From: a virus
Taxonomy: Duplodnaviria > Heunggongvirae > Uroviricota > Caudoviricetes
IMG/VR virus record: IMGVR_UViG_3300021279_000020
Length of the DNA stretch: 18,003 nt
Direction: 5' to 3' (one strand)
Shown: piece after piece, positions 1 through 6,780 of the stretch
Layout of the letters: every line of letters starts with the position of its first letter
Numbering within the stretch: the first letter of the stretch is position 1
The notes under the pieces: model-generated
Databases searched by the model: none
What the model saw: the letters and a program-made list of their open reading frames with translations, nothing else
What the model was told of the DNA's origin: nothing
Program-made: the position numbers and the translations under genes

Positions 1-905
1 AAATACGTCGTGTCCCCGCATATCCAGGGAACACCGCCAGCAGAGCCACCAACGCACTGGCCTGCCATATCCGTCAGGTCTGCACGGAATTTATCAACCA
101 GCGCACCAAACTGTGCTGCGTGATTTCCGGGCGTGCCGCCAAAATCAAATTCCCCCTGCATCCACACCACGGCAAACAGCACATTTTTCGGGTTCTTCTT
201 CAGTGCTGCTTTTGTTCGACCGATAAGGTCCTTATACAGCGGCTTGTCCACACCCCAGCGGGTTGAATTCTCCGAGGCACCACTCGCATCACTGTATGTG
301 CCATCGGCTCCGGTGGTGAACGCAGAGCCACCGCGGCAGCAAGGTACCAGCAGAATGCCCGCATTCGCCGGTATAAACGGCAGCAGTTTTTTGGCGATAT
401 GCAGCCCCTGCCCCACGGTTCCGTACTGCCCCTTTGACAGATCCGCTTTCGGATGGTTAAGGCGGCTCATGTCCTGCACATCATGCAGACAATGGTCCGC
501 CGGAATGATGTCGTTATATCTGCATGCTGCACCACCCGGTGTCACCGTACTGCGACGCGCCAGTTGCTTAATACGCGGCTCCGGACGGTCATATGTCTCC
601 GGCAGCGGAAGACCTTCACCATACGACATGCCGTTTGACTGCCCTGCCAGAACCACAACAAAGTAATACTCCGGGTCGCTGGTGGCACTGATTACTGCAC
701 CTTCTCCACCTGTCGGCTTCACCACAACAGGTGTGCTCACATCACCTTCTGCGACAATCGCCTGAATAAGTGCTGCGCCATCATCCGTATACGAAGAAAA
801 CGGCCCACCGTATGGTTGCCATCCTTCACGAATTTTTTGCGCAAGTGCATCAGCAAGGTCTGACGGCGATGCCGCCCTGACCACATCGTAATGTTTAAAT
901 GTCAT
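1..905 (-). CDS. nanS: Prophage NanS-p-like sialate O-acetylesterase (N-terminal DUF1737-like extension plus SGNH/DUF303 esterase domain); start ATG at 905..903, 3' end runs past the window start
   Basis: Hand translation of the minus strand from 905 gives MTFKHYDVVRAASPSDLADALAQKIREGW...YYFVVVLAGQSNGMSYGEGLPLPETYDRPEPRIKQLAR...LLVPCCRGGSAFT...VWMQGEFD. The GQSN, CCRGGSAF and WMQGEFD blocks match my recollection of E. coli NanS/YjhS. RBS GGGAGG sits 4 nt upstream. The ORF is absent from the track because it has no stop inside the window. Confidence 0.85.
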   Translation of the reverse strand, partial: MTFKHYDVVRAASPSDLADALAQKIREGWQPYGGPFSSYTDDGAALIQAIVAEGDVSTPVVVKPTGGEGAVISATSDPEYYFVVVLAGQSNGMSYGEGLPLPETYDRPEPRIKQLARRSTVTPGGAACRYNDIIPADHCLHDVQDMSRLNHPKADLSKGQYGTVGQGLHIAKKLLPFIPANAGILLVPCCRGGSAFTTGADGTYSDASGASENSTRWGVDKPLYKDLIGRTKAALKKNPKNVLFAVVWMQGEFDFGGTPGNHAAQFGALVDKFRADLTDMAGQCVGGSAGGVPWICGDTTY

Positions 906-1099
906 GAATCCTCCCGGCCGGGATAGTGTACTGAATCAGATAAAGAGCGGGCTGAAGTCCGGAAGTTACAGGACAATGGCAGAAGGGAGACTTACAGCCC
1001 GCAATTCGAAAAAGGCCGCGCAGTTGCGCAGAGTGATTACCATGGGGTATTATTCGCCAGCTGAAATATTACTTCACGTTTTGTTGTTTATTCCTTGCC

Positions 1100-1128
1100 G
1101 CCCGCGTCTCCCAGCGCGGGCTTTTTTT
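1100..1128 (+). terminator. Rho-independent terminator-like hairpin (CCCGCG / CGCGGG stem, 8-nt loop, then CTTTTTTT)
   Basis: Inverted repeat 1101-1106 / 1115-1120 followed by a T-run at 1122-1128 on the plus strand. Confidence 0.45.
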
Positions 1129-1133
1129 GCCCA

Positions 1134-1160
1134 TAAAAAAAGCCCCTCCGGAGAGGGGCT
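1134..1160 (-). terminator. Rho-independent terminator (8-bp stem AGCCCCTC/GAGGGGCT, 4-nt loop, then U7 on the minus strand)
   Basis: Plus strand shows AAAAAAA then AGCCCCTCCGGAGAGGGGCT; on the minus strand this is hairpin followed by TTTTTTT. It lies downstream of the TerB / small-peptide pair. Confidence 0.6.
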
Positions 1161-1403
1161 GACGCTGCGTATCTGTATCATCATGCGCATGGTGCCGGGT
1201 GCCTCCCGGTGAGTTCAGTATCAGCACCTGAACCCGCACAGAAAGGATAAGGGATGTAACCAAACACCTGTCGCTGATATGCCCCTCCGCACAGGGGGAT
1301 TCACCATGCAGGATTTTTTTAACAAATTCTCAGTCGGGCAGACAACTGTCAACCGTCTGAATTGTGAGACATTTAAAATTTTCGGGGCATGACTGATACC
1401 CGG

Positions 1404-1568
1404 CTAACTACCTGGCATGTCCTTTTTAACCAAAGGAAAAAGCACCACCACAATGCCGACCACCAGCACTCCATCCGCCAGCACCGACATGATCCTGCTG
1501 GTGAAATCCACCATCACCACCAGAAACAGCAGGAGTGCCACAGCGGCCAGACGCAGTTTTACCGTCAC
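1404..1568 (-). CDS. Small hydrophobic protein, 54 aa, two predicted TM helices (VTVKLRLAAVALLLFLVVMVDFTSRIMSVLADGVLVVGIVVVLFPLVKKDMPGS); GTG start overlapping the TerB stop (GTGA)
   Basis: Hand translation of the minus strand. RBS GGAGAA lies 6 nt upstream of GTG at 1568..1566. The stop TAG is at 1406..1404. It is below the 60-aa cutoff of the ORF track. Two hydrophobic stretches are visible. Confidence 0.5.
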   Translation of the reverse strand: MTVKLRLAAVALLLFLVVMVDFTSRIMSVLADGVLVVGIVVVLFPLVKKDMPGS

Positions 1569-1996
1569 AGGTGGTTCTCCAGTCGCAGGCCAAGAACACC
1601 AGCAATCTCTTCCAGAACCTTACGCTCTTCCGGCTCAATTTCACCATCTGCTTCAGCAATGGCCACCGCCACATCCAGCACATCTTCCGCTTCACGCGTA
1701 TCGTGTTTCACATCTTCAATTTCACGCAACGCCGATCGACGACCAATTTTAAAGTTGGTGTCAAGCTGACCTGTGATCGTGGCACTGATGGCATTAATTT
1801 CTGACGTAAACGCGGACAACGCAGGCTGGTTACGCAAGACCTGCTCGATCTTCGCTTTCTCTGAAGCCTCACATTCACCATCTGCATAGGCTACCAGGTA
1901 GGCAGCATTAATAACCGCCTGTGCCAGATCGCGTTTCTCAAACTTTTTAATTTCCGCTGCCGCTCTGCGGGTTTTCTTTTTGAAAATACCAAACAT
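1565..1996 (-). CDS. TerB-domain (tellurite-resistance TerB family) protein, 143 aa; start at ATG 1996 (internal Met of the 167-aa track ORF)
   Basis: Track ORF 1565..2068. RBS AGGAA lies 9 nt upstream of ATG 1996. Two ADG-containing acidic helical repeats (LVAYADGECEASEKAKIEQVL and AIAEADGEIEPEERKVLEEIAGVLGL) are typical of the TerB fold. Confidence 0.8.
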   Translation of the reverse strand: MFGIFKKKTRRAAAEIKKFEKRDLAQAVINAAYLVAYADGECEASEKAKIEQVLRNQPALSAFTSEINAISATITGQLDTNFKIGRRSALREIEDVKHDTREAEDVLDVAVAIAEADGEIEPEERKVLEEIAGVLGLRLENHL

Positions 1997-2128
1997 CGTG
2001 ACGTTCCTTTGGGTGGGTGAGCCAACGCCCGGGAGCGATCTGCCCACAGAGAAAGTCACACTGACCACTCCGTAAGCTCACCCCCGAAAGGCTCTGTGGT
2101 TGATATGCGCCGGGCGTGGCGCGGATAC

Positions 2129-2152
2129 AAAAAAGGCCCGCAAAAGCGAGCC
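2129..2152 (-). terminator. Terminator-like hairpin plus U-tract immediately 3' of the tRNA cluster (GGCUCGC uuuu GCGGGCC UUUUUU on the minus strand)
   Basis: Plus strand shows an A-run at 2129-2134 then GGCCCGCAAAAGCGAGCC; the stem has one G-U pair. Confidence 0.45.
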
Positions 2153-2165
2153 TGGTAAATAAATA

Positions 2166-2242
2166 TGGCGCGTTGTACTGGATTCGAACCAATGACCGAT
2201 TGCTTAGAAGGCAATTGCTCTGTCCGGCTGAGCTAACAACGC
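2166..2242 (-). tRNA. tRNA-Arg (anticodon UCU), 77 nt
   Basis: Reverse complement folds as a canonical cloverleaf: acceptor GCGTTGT/ACAACGC, D-arm GCTC..GAGC, anticodon stem ATTGC/GCAAT with loop CTTCTAA, T-loop GGTTCGAATCC, discriminator G and encoded CCA. Confidence 0.9.
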
Positions 2243-2255
2243 AGTGTACCGATAA

Positions 2256-2332
2256 TGGACCGCCATCGAGGACTCGACCCCCGCGCAACCAGCTTCGAAG
2301 GCTGGCGCTCTGTCCCGATGAGCTAATGGCGG
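2256..2332 (-). tRNA. tRNA-Arg-like (anticodon UCG), 77 nt, non-canonical features (C1:G72 acceptor pair, T-loop GUCGAGU)
   Basis: Reverse complement: acceptor CCGCCAT/ATGGCGG, D-arm GCTC..GAGC, anticodon stem CCAGC/GCTGG with loop CTTCGAA, T-stem CGGGG/CCTCG, encoded CCA. Confidence 0.7.
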
Positions 2333-2341
2333 TATGTGATA

Positions 2342-2417
2342 TGGTGGCCCTTGCTGGATTTGAACCAGCGACCTGGCGATTATGAGTCGCTCGCTCTCAC
2401 CACTGAGCTAAAGGGCC
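2342..2417 (-). tRNA. tRNA with CAU anticodon, most similar in my recollection to tRNA-Ile2 (ileX-like, lysidine-modified), 76 nt
   Basis: Reverse complement GGCCCTTTAGCTCAGTGGTGAGAGCGAGCGACTCATAATCGCCAGGTCGCTGGTTCAAATCCAGCAAGGGCCACCA gives a complete cloverleaf with anticodon loop CTCATAA. Confidence 0.88.
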
Positions 2418-2457
2418 GGGCGCAGGATAATAACGGTACGTAACTAATCCTGCAATA

Positions 2458-3516
2458 TCATCCGTTCTGACTGACTAAATCCTGAACTTCCCTGACCGTC
2501 TGCTCAAAACGTTCAGTCTCCAGCTCAACGCCAGTTGCACGACGTCCCAGCGCCATCGCTGCTTTGACTGTCGAACCCGACCCCATGAAAAAATCTGCAA
2601 CCAGGTCACCCGGACGACTGCTCGCGCTGATTATCTGCTGCAGCATTTCTGCTGGTTTTTCGCACGGATGTTTCCCGGGATAGTACTGCACCGGTTTATG
2701 CGTCCACACATCGGTGTACGGAACCTGCGCCGTCACGCCAAAATACCGCCGCAGATACTTATATTCACTCTGCAGTTCCGCATACTGCCGGTTCAGTTCA
2801 CTGTATGTGCTGACCAGTTGGTGATGTAGCTTTTCCAGTTCTCCGCGCTGATGCTTCTCTTCTGCCACCCGGGCAAACAGCGCCTGTAATTTCAGATAAT
2901 CGCTTTCGTCCGGTAGCTGCCACTGGCTGGCACTGAACCAGTGCGACACCATGTTTTTCTTTCCTGTGGCATCAGCAATCTGTTTTGCCGTTATCCCCAG
3001 GGCAGCACGTGCATCACGAAAGTAAGAAATCAGCGGGGCCATCACATGCTGTTTCAGTGCCCTGCCCTTCGCCTCATACCCGGCATCTTTCGGGCGATAC
3101 GGCCCCTGATAATGTTCCGCGAACAGAATGCGCTCTGTGGCGGGGAAATACGCCCGCAGGCTTTCCTTGTTGCACCCGTTCCAGCGTCCGGACGGCTTCG
3201 CCCAGATAATATGGTTCAGCACACTGAAGCGTTCACGCATCATGATTTCAATGTCAGACGCCAGGCGATGACCACAGAACAGGTAAAGACTTCCGGCAGG
3301 TTTCAGCACCCGCCAGAACTGCGCAAGACACTGGTCCAGCCATTTCAGGTAATCCTCATCCCCCGTCCACTGGTTATCCCAGCCCTCGGGCTTCACTTTA
3401 AAGTATGGCGGGTCTGTGACTATCAGATCGACAGAGTTTTCCGGTAAGGTCTGGATAAATTCCAGGCAATCAGCGTTGATTAGCTCACAACTGGATATTT
3501 TTACAGTATTAGCCAT
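2458..3516 (-). CDS. Orphan DNA methyltransferase (beta-class N6-adenine/N4-cytosine type), 352 aa
   Basis: Track ORF with ATG at 3516. Motif IV LIVTDPPY is near the N-terminus and the AdoMet motif FFMGSGST near the C-terminus. No adjacent endonuclease candidate. Confidence 0.9.
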   Translation of the reverse strand: MANTVKISSCELINADCLEFIQTLPENSVDLIVTDPPYFKVKPEGWDNQWTGDEDYLKWLDQCLAQFWRVLKPAGSLYLFCGHRLASDIEIMMRERFSVLNHIIWAKPSGRWNGCNKESLRAYFPATERILFAEHYQGPYRPKDAGYEAKGRALKQHVMAPLISYFRDARAALGITAKQIADATGKKNMVSHWFSASQWQLPDESDYLKLQALFARVAEEKHQRGELEKLHHQLVSTYSELNRQYAELQSEYKYLRRYFGVTAQVPYTDVWTHKPVQYYPGKHPCEKPAEMLQQIISASSRPGDLVADFFMGSGSTVKAAMALGRRATGVELETERFEQTVREVQDLVSQNG

Positions 3517-3652
3517 AGATCAATAAGCACTTCTCTGATAGGCTCATTCTGCTTTTGCGCAAAGCAGTGGGCCTGAGGTTTGCTTGTGATCCGGACGCAT
3601 GAGCAGATGGCTGGTGAGTGCCCCTAACACCCACCAGCCGCCCATTTACCAC

Positions 3653-3680
3653 AAATAAAAAAGCCTTCAGGACTGAAGGC
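3653..3680 (-). terminator. Rho-independent terminator (GCCTTC stem, then UUUUUUAUUU on the minus strand) overlapping the stop of the 65-aa ORF
   Basis: Plus strand AAAAAAGCCTTCAGGACTGAAGGC; on the minus strand this is hairpin followed by a T-run. Confidence 0.55.
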
Positions 3681-3864
3681 GTCTGTAACAACCGAACTGA
3701 TAGTCTGCCAGACCCGCCATAACAAGCTGGGTCAGTATTAACTGACAGCGTTCGCGTGAAAGGTACGTATTCTGTGCAATCTCCCCGACTGTCGCCGGTT
3801 CGGTGACGCTTAATTCATTAAACACCACTCTGGCGGTTTCTGTCATATCCTGCTGTTTCAGCAT
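3667..3864 (-). CDS. Small protein, 65 aa, possible winged-helix/HTH fold (MLKQQDMTETARVVFNELSVTEPATVGEIAQNTYLSRERCQLILTQLVMAGLADYQFGCYRRLQS)
   Basis: Internal ATG at 3864 of track ORF 3667..3987, with SD AAGGGG 7 nt upstream. Bracketed by two terminators. Confidence 0.5.
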   Translation of the reverse strand: MLKQQDMTETARVVFNELSVTEPATVGEIAQNTYLSRERCQLILTQLVMAGLADYQFGCYRRLQS

Positions 3865-3987
3865 GTCTTTTCCCCTTTTCCGGTTAACGTGACACACCAA
3901 TAACTCTTGTCGAAAAAGCCAGCAAGCTGAAAGAACGGTATTAATAACCACCAGCGAATTTATTGCGCTGCTGTATATTACGGACAC

Positions 3988-4008
3988 AAAAAAACCACCT
4001 TCCGGTGG
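3988..4008 (-). terminator. Rho-independent terminator (CCACC GGAA GGUGG then U7 on the minus strand), about 75 nt downstream of the Q-position gene
   Basis: Plus strand AAAAAAACCACCTTCCGGTGG. Confidence 0.55.
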
Positions 4009-4080
4009 CTTCCTTGTGCGAAAAAACTTGCGTTTCGCCTCGCGATACAGCCTTGCGAAGCTTATACGGATTGAAGCAGT

Positions 4081-4653
4081 TTATTGATCAGTTTGCAACA
4101 TTTTTTTCTCTGTAACAAAAGCCATACGCATGGGGGCATGTAACATAAATTCAGATATCCCCAACCACTGATCAATTCGGCGTCTGCACGTAACCAACGT
4201 CCACTCAGGATGATCTGCATTTAACCTTTCGGCCATTTTCAGTTTGCTCATTCCCCGTCCTTCGTACCTTTGCCGGAGAATATTGATTAGTCCGGGATAT
4301 TCCCCAAGCACCTCACTGATAACGCGATCAATAATCAACGCCTCTGTGTCTGTACAATGTGACAACCAGCTCTTCTGCTTCCCTCTGGTCATATCCCGAA
4401 AAAATGCCTCAAGTTCCGGTTTATCCAGCCCGGATTTCTTCATTCTGCGTAAAACTTCATTAACTGCTGTTTTCGTCAGCTTTTTCGAAACCAGTAACCG
4501 GTTAAACATATTTCCGGATTTACCCCCACCGATATACGACCACCGCCCCCACATCCGTAATTTCCCCTGGATCCAGACTGCTTCCAGCGTGTTCAGGCGT
4601 AAATGTTCGCCGCTTTTGCCTGTAATTTCCGGATATATCATATTTACGCTCAC
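4081..4653 (-). CDS. Putative late-gene antiterminator (Q-like by position, possibly QuuQ-type), 190 aa; GTG start overlapping the rusA stop (alternative ATG at 4641)
   Basis: Track ORF. It sits directly downstream of rusA and upstream of terminators, tRNAs and late-region cargo, which is the canonical Q position. I see no homology to lambda Q and no zinc-finger cysteines, so the family assignment is positional. Confidence 0.5.
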   Translation of the reverse strand: MSVNMIYPEITGKSGEHLRLNTLEAVWIQGKLRMWGRWSYIGGGKSGNMFNRLLVSKKLTKTAVNEVLRRMKKSGLDKPELEAFFRDMTRGKQKSWLSHCTDTEALIIDRVISEVLGEYPGLINILRQRYEGRGMSKLKMAERLNADHPEWTLVTCRRRIDQWLGISEFMLHAPMRMAFVTEKKMLQTDQ

Positions 4654-5009
4654 TCACTCTCAATTTTGTAAATCTTCACACCCAGCCGACCACCAGGAAC
4701 AAGCTGACCACGTACAATATTGATTTCATCAAACTGCTCGTCATCAATGAGCACTCCCGCATGCGTCAGCGCATCCAGCGGTGCTTTCAGAATGTTGTCC
4801 AGGTCACGACGACGCTTATCCGGTGGCTCTGCAATAATTTTTATTGCCAGCCGTCCGGACAGGCTTAATTTCAGCCGCTGCTGGCGAACAATAAGCGCCA
4901 CTGCACGGCGATAACGCTCCCCGGCTTTTGATACAAAATATGTGCTGCCACGGCGTCGCCAGTAAGTGTTCACCGTCGGCGGGTAAGGTAAAACCAAATC
5001 TATGAGCAT
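4650..5009 (-). CDS. rusA: RusA Holliday-junction resolvase, 119 aa
   Basis: Track ORF with ATG 5009 and SD AAGAGGTGA. The N-terminus MLIDLVLPYPPTVNTYWRRRG and the later DxDN-containing region match the RusA family pattern. Confidence 0.88.
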   Translation of the reverse strand: MLIDLVLPYPPTVNTYWRRRGSTYFVSKAGERYRRAVALIVRQQRLKLSLSGRLAIKIIAEPPDKRRRDLDNILKAPLDALTHAGVLIDDEQFDEINIVRGQLVPGGRLGVKIYKIESE

Positions 5010-5021
5010 CAGTCACCTCTT

Positions 5022-6071
5022 TTACCCGAGCACGCCAGTCGCAAAGGCGTGATCAAGAAAACGAAAAATTAACTCAATCTGAGAGCCGTACTTTTTCTCA
5101 AACTCCAGCGGGTCTGCATGAAGTTCGTTGTGGTGCTCCCGGCACAACGGTAGCGTGAAAATATCGTGGGCCTTTGTCCCCATTCCCCCCTGACCATGAC
5201 CAATCAGGTGATGCGGATCGTCAGCAGGCTTACCACAACACGCACACGGCTGTGTCTTTACCCAGCGCGTGTATTTCTCATTAACCCAACGGCGACGTTT
5301 AGGCCGCCTCATGAACGATTCAGGAGACTCCGGATCAACAGCGATACTGACAACCGTTTTTTTCTGTGGTGGATTTTGTTGCTGGTGGACGTGAAGTGGC
5401 AGCGCAATATTTTTTGTGCGCTGCTTCAGTATGCTGATGGCTGTCTGTTCTCCCGGTACGATGTCACTCTCACGGTATACGGAGCGGATTTTTTCCACCG
5501 GTAATCCCAGCGAACGACGCGCTACTGCCTCAGGTAGTGCATCCACCACCTGATTGCAGGCCGCCCACCAGGATAATTCGGCCAGCGATAACTCCCTCTC
5601 CTGCGTACCGTTTATTGCGTGACGTATAACATCAATCATCCAGACTGCCAGATTCTGCTGAGCAAGTTGATCGAGTGATTCTGATGTCTGGTCGCGCAGC
5701 TGGTTGTCACAGTGCCAGCACAACACCATCGCGCCGGTACCGTAACGGTGAATGACGGTTTCGCTGTGATGATAATCGCCGTGTGGCCACTGGCAGGATT
5801 TCACGTGACGTAATAACCAGTCAGACAGTGCACCTGCACCACCTGCTGCACGAATAACCCGCTCATCGCTGAAAAATGGCAGTAATGTTTCATCCTCTGC
5901 CAGCGGCTGGCGAACGGCAGGAACGACTCCGGACGGCAGACCGCGCATGTTTTTCGGTTCCGGCTCTACCAATATTCTGCCGTTATGGAATGCTGACATT
6001 GATTCACGGCCCGGCTTAAGGAGCACCATCCCGAGTTCCGGTACCAGAACAGGTCGAAGTAATACCCGCAC
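5022..6071 (-). CDS. DUF968-family prophage protein with C-terminal HNH-like motif (YdfU-like), 349 aa, GTG start
   Basis: Track ORF. RBS GGAGG lies 5 nt upstream of GTG 6071. C-terminal CxxC...HH...CREHHNELH is a zinc-binding HNH-type signature. The DUF968 then hok neighbourhood resembles the K-12 Qin arrangement as I recall it. Confidence 0.75.
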   Translation of the reverse strand: MRVLLRPVLVPELGMVLLKPGRESMSAFHNGRILVEPEPKNMRGLPSGVVPAVRQPLAEDETLLPFFSDERVIRAAGGAGALSDWLLRHVKSCQWPHGDYHHSETVIHRYGTGAMVLCWHCDNQLRDQTSESLDQLAQQNLAVWMIDVIRHAINGTQERELSLAELSWWAACNQVVDALPEAVARRSLGLPVEKIRSVYRESDIVPGEQTAISILKQRTKNIALPLHVHQQQNPPQKKTVVSIAVDPESPESFMRRPKRRRWVNEKYTRWVKTQPCACCGKPADDPHHLIGHGQGGMGTKAHDIFTLPLCREHHNELHADPLEFEKKYGSQIELIFRFLDHAFATGVLG

Positions 6072-6072
6072 G

Positions 6073-6345
6073 TTACCTCCAGATGCGCTGCTGGAATGTG
6101 CGGGACGGACGCGGTGGGCGTTCGGAATAAGGGAGCCTGACGGAGATTATCCAGTGACGACGATCGAAGCTGAGGGCTTTCTCAAACTCATATCCGCGCC
6201 TGCGGTAACACTGGATCAGCCATTCGGCCTGTTCTTCAGTGCATGGGTCATGCTGGTACCAGTCAGTTTTAAATACGTGTGAACGCCGCCCCCGCTTAAT
6301 GGTCGGATCGACTTCAGAATTGTGGGATTTTATATGTTGCGCCAT
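6073..6345 (-). CDS. Hypothetical prophage protein, 90 aa (possibly Rem-like by synteny)
   Basis: Track ORF with ATG 6345 and SD GGAGAA 5 nt upstream. Its stop abuts the DUF968 start. Confidence 0.65.
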   Translation of the reverse strand: MAQHIKSHNSEVDPTIKRGRRSHVFKTDWYQHDPCTEEQAEWLIQCYRRRGYEFEKALSFDRRHWIISVRLPYSERPPRPSRTFQQRIWR

Positions 6346-6513
6346 CGGGTTCTCCGGTGACGCAGCAGGTGCCAGTTGTTCAGGCTGACGCGCGAATTGT
6401 AAACCAGAATGCCAGGAAAAAACAAAGTCTGCCGAAACGGGGTAAGTGCGGGTGCGTTGAGGATGCCTGACACATCAGAGGTGGCGAGGGATTTCTCCCT
6501 CGCCTGGTCACTC

Positions 6514-6669
6514 TTACTTCTCAGATTCGTAGTCTACGAAGACAGCAACCTCCGTCTGGCCGGTTCGGATTCGTACCTCGCAGAGGTCTTTCCTCGTTAC
6601 CAGTGCCGTCACTATGACGGTTAAACAGATGACGATCAGGGCGATTAACATCGCCTTTTGCTGCTTCAT
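6514..6669 (-). CDS. hok: Hok/Gef-family type I toxin, 51 aa (MKQQKAMLIALIVICLTVIVTALVTRKDLCEVRIRTGQTEVAVFVDYESEK)
   Basis: Near-identity by recollection to E. coli HokD/RelF. Single TM helix followed by a conserved C-terminal region. Confidence 0.88.
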   Translation of the reverse strand: MKQQKAMLIALIVICLTVIVTALVTRKDLCEVRIRTGQTEVAVFVDYESEK

Positions 6670-6726
6670 AGTCTGCTTCTCCTTGACCTTTCGGTCCGTA
6701 AGAGGCAATCTATATGTGACGAGCAT
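6514..6726 (-). CDS. mok: Mok-like in-frame N-terminal extension reading frame over hok (MLVTYRLPLTDRKVKEKQT then Hok)
   Basis: Track ORF 6514..6726. The extension matches my recollection of the MokC N-terminus (MLNTCRVPLTDRKVKEKRA). Confidence 0.6.
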   Translation of the reverse strand: MLVTYRLPLTDRKVKEKQTMKQQKAMLIALIVICLTVIVTALVTRKDLCEVRIRTGQTEVAVFVDYESEK

Positions 6727-6780
6727 ATAGGGGCCTCACTTCGATTTATAGTCGGGTGGGGCTTTTATCTATCTGCCGTT
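6715..6780 (+). ncRNA. sok: Possible Sok-like antisense RNA opposite the mok start; coordinates approximate
   Basis: Inferred from hok/mok architecture. A plus-strand -35-like TTGACC sits at 6683-6688. I could not place the -10 or the terminator with confidence. Confidence 0.3.

Noticed and set aside
133-666. Plus-strand track ORFs of 177 aa and 61 aa across the first 700 nt
   Set aside because: They lie antisense within the region whose minus-strand translation gives a continuous NanS-like esterase with conserved SGNH motifs, so I treat them as shadow ORFs.
1307-1393. 28-aa plus-strand ORF (MQDFFNKFSVGQTTVNRLNCETFKIFGA) with a G-rich SD-like sequence
   Set aside because: Very short, not hydrophobic, with no supporting terminator or conservation evidence. 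Left as unsupported, not excluded.
1389-1804. His/Thr-rich plus-strand ORFs (126, 111 and 89 aa) and a minus-strand 89-aa ORF overlapping 1426-1695
   Set aside because: Low-complexity translations with no start signals; the same DNA is explained by the TerB gene and the coupled 54-aa membrane ORF on the minus strand.
1565-2165. Presence of Shiga toxin genes stxA/stxB in the slot between the tRNAs and nanS
   Set aside because: No ORF here translates to anything like StxA or StxB; the only substantial ORF is the TerB-domain protein.
2941-3447. Plus-strand ORFs of 168 and 74 aa inside the methyltransferase region
   Set aside because: Antisense to a well-supported methyltransferase with canonical motifs; no start signals.
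3865-3987. N-terminal extension of the small ORF to the track start at 3987 (106 aa)
   Set aside because: The extension would run into the terminator at 3988-4008 and lacks an SD, whereas the internal ATG at 3864 has a good AAGGGG SD.
4244-4723. Plus-strand 159-aa ORF across the Q-like and rusA junction
   Set aside because: Antisense to two coupled minus-strand genes; Ser/Pro-rich composition typical of a GC-frame shadow.
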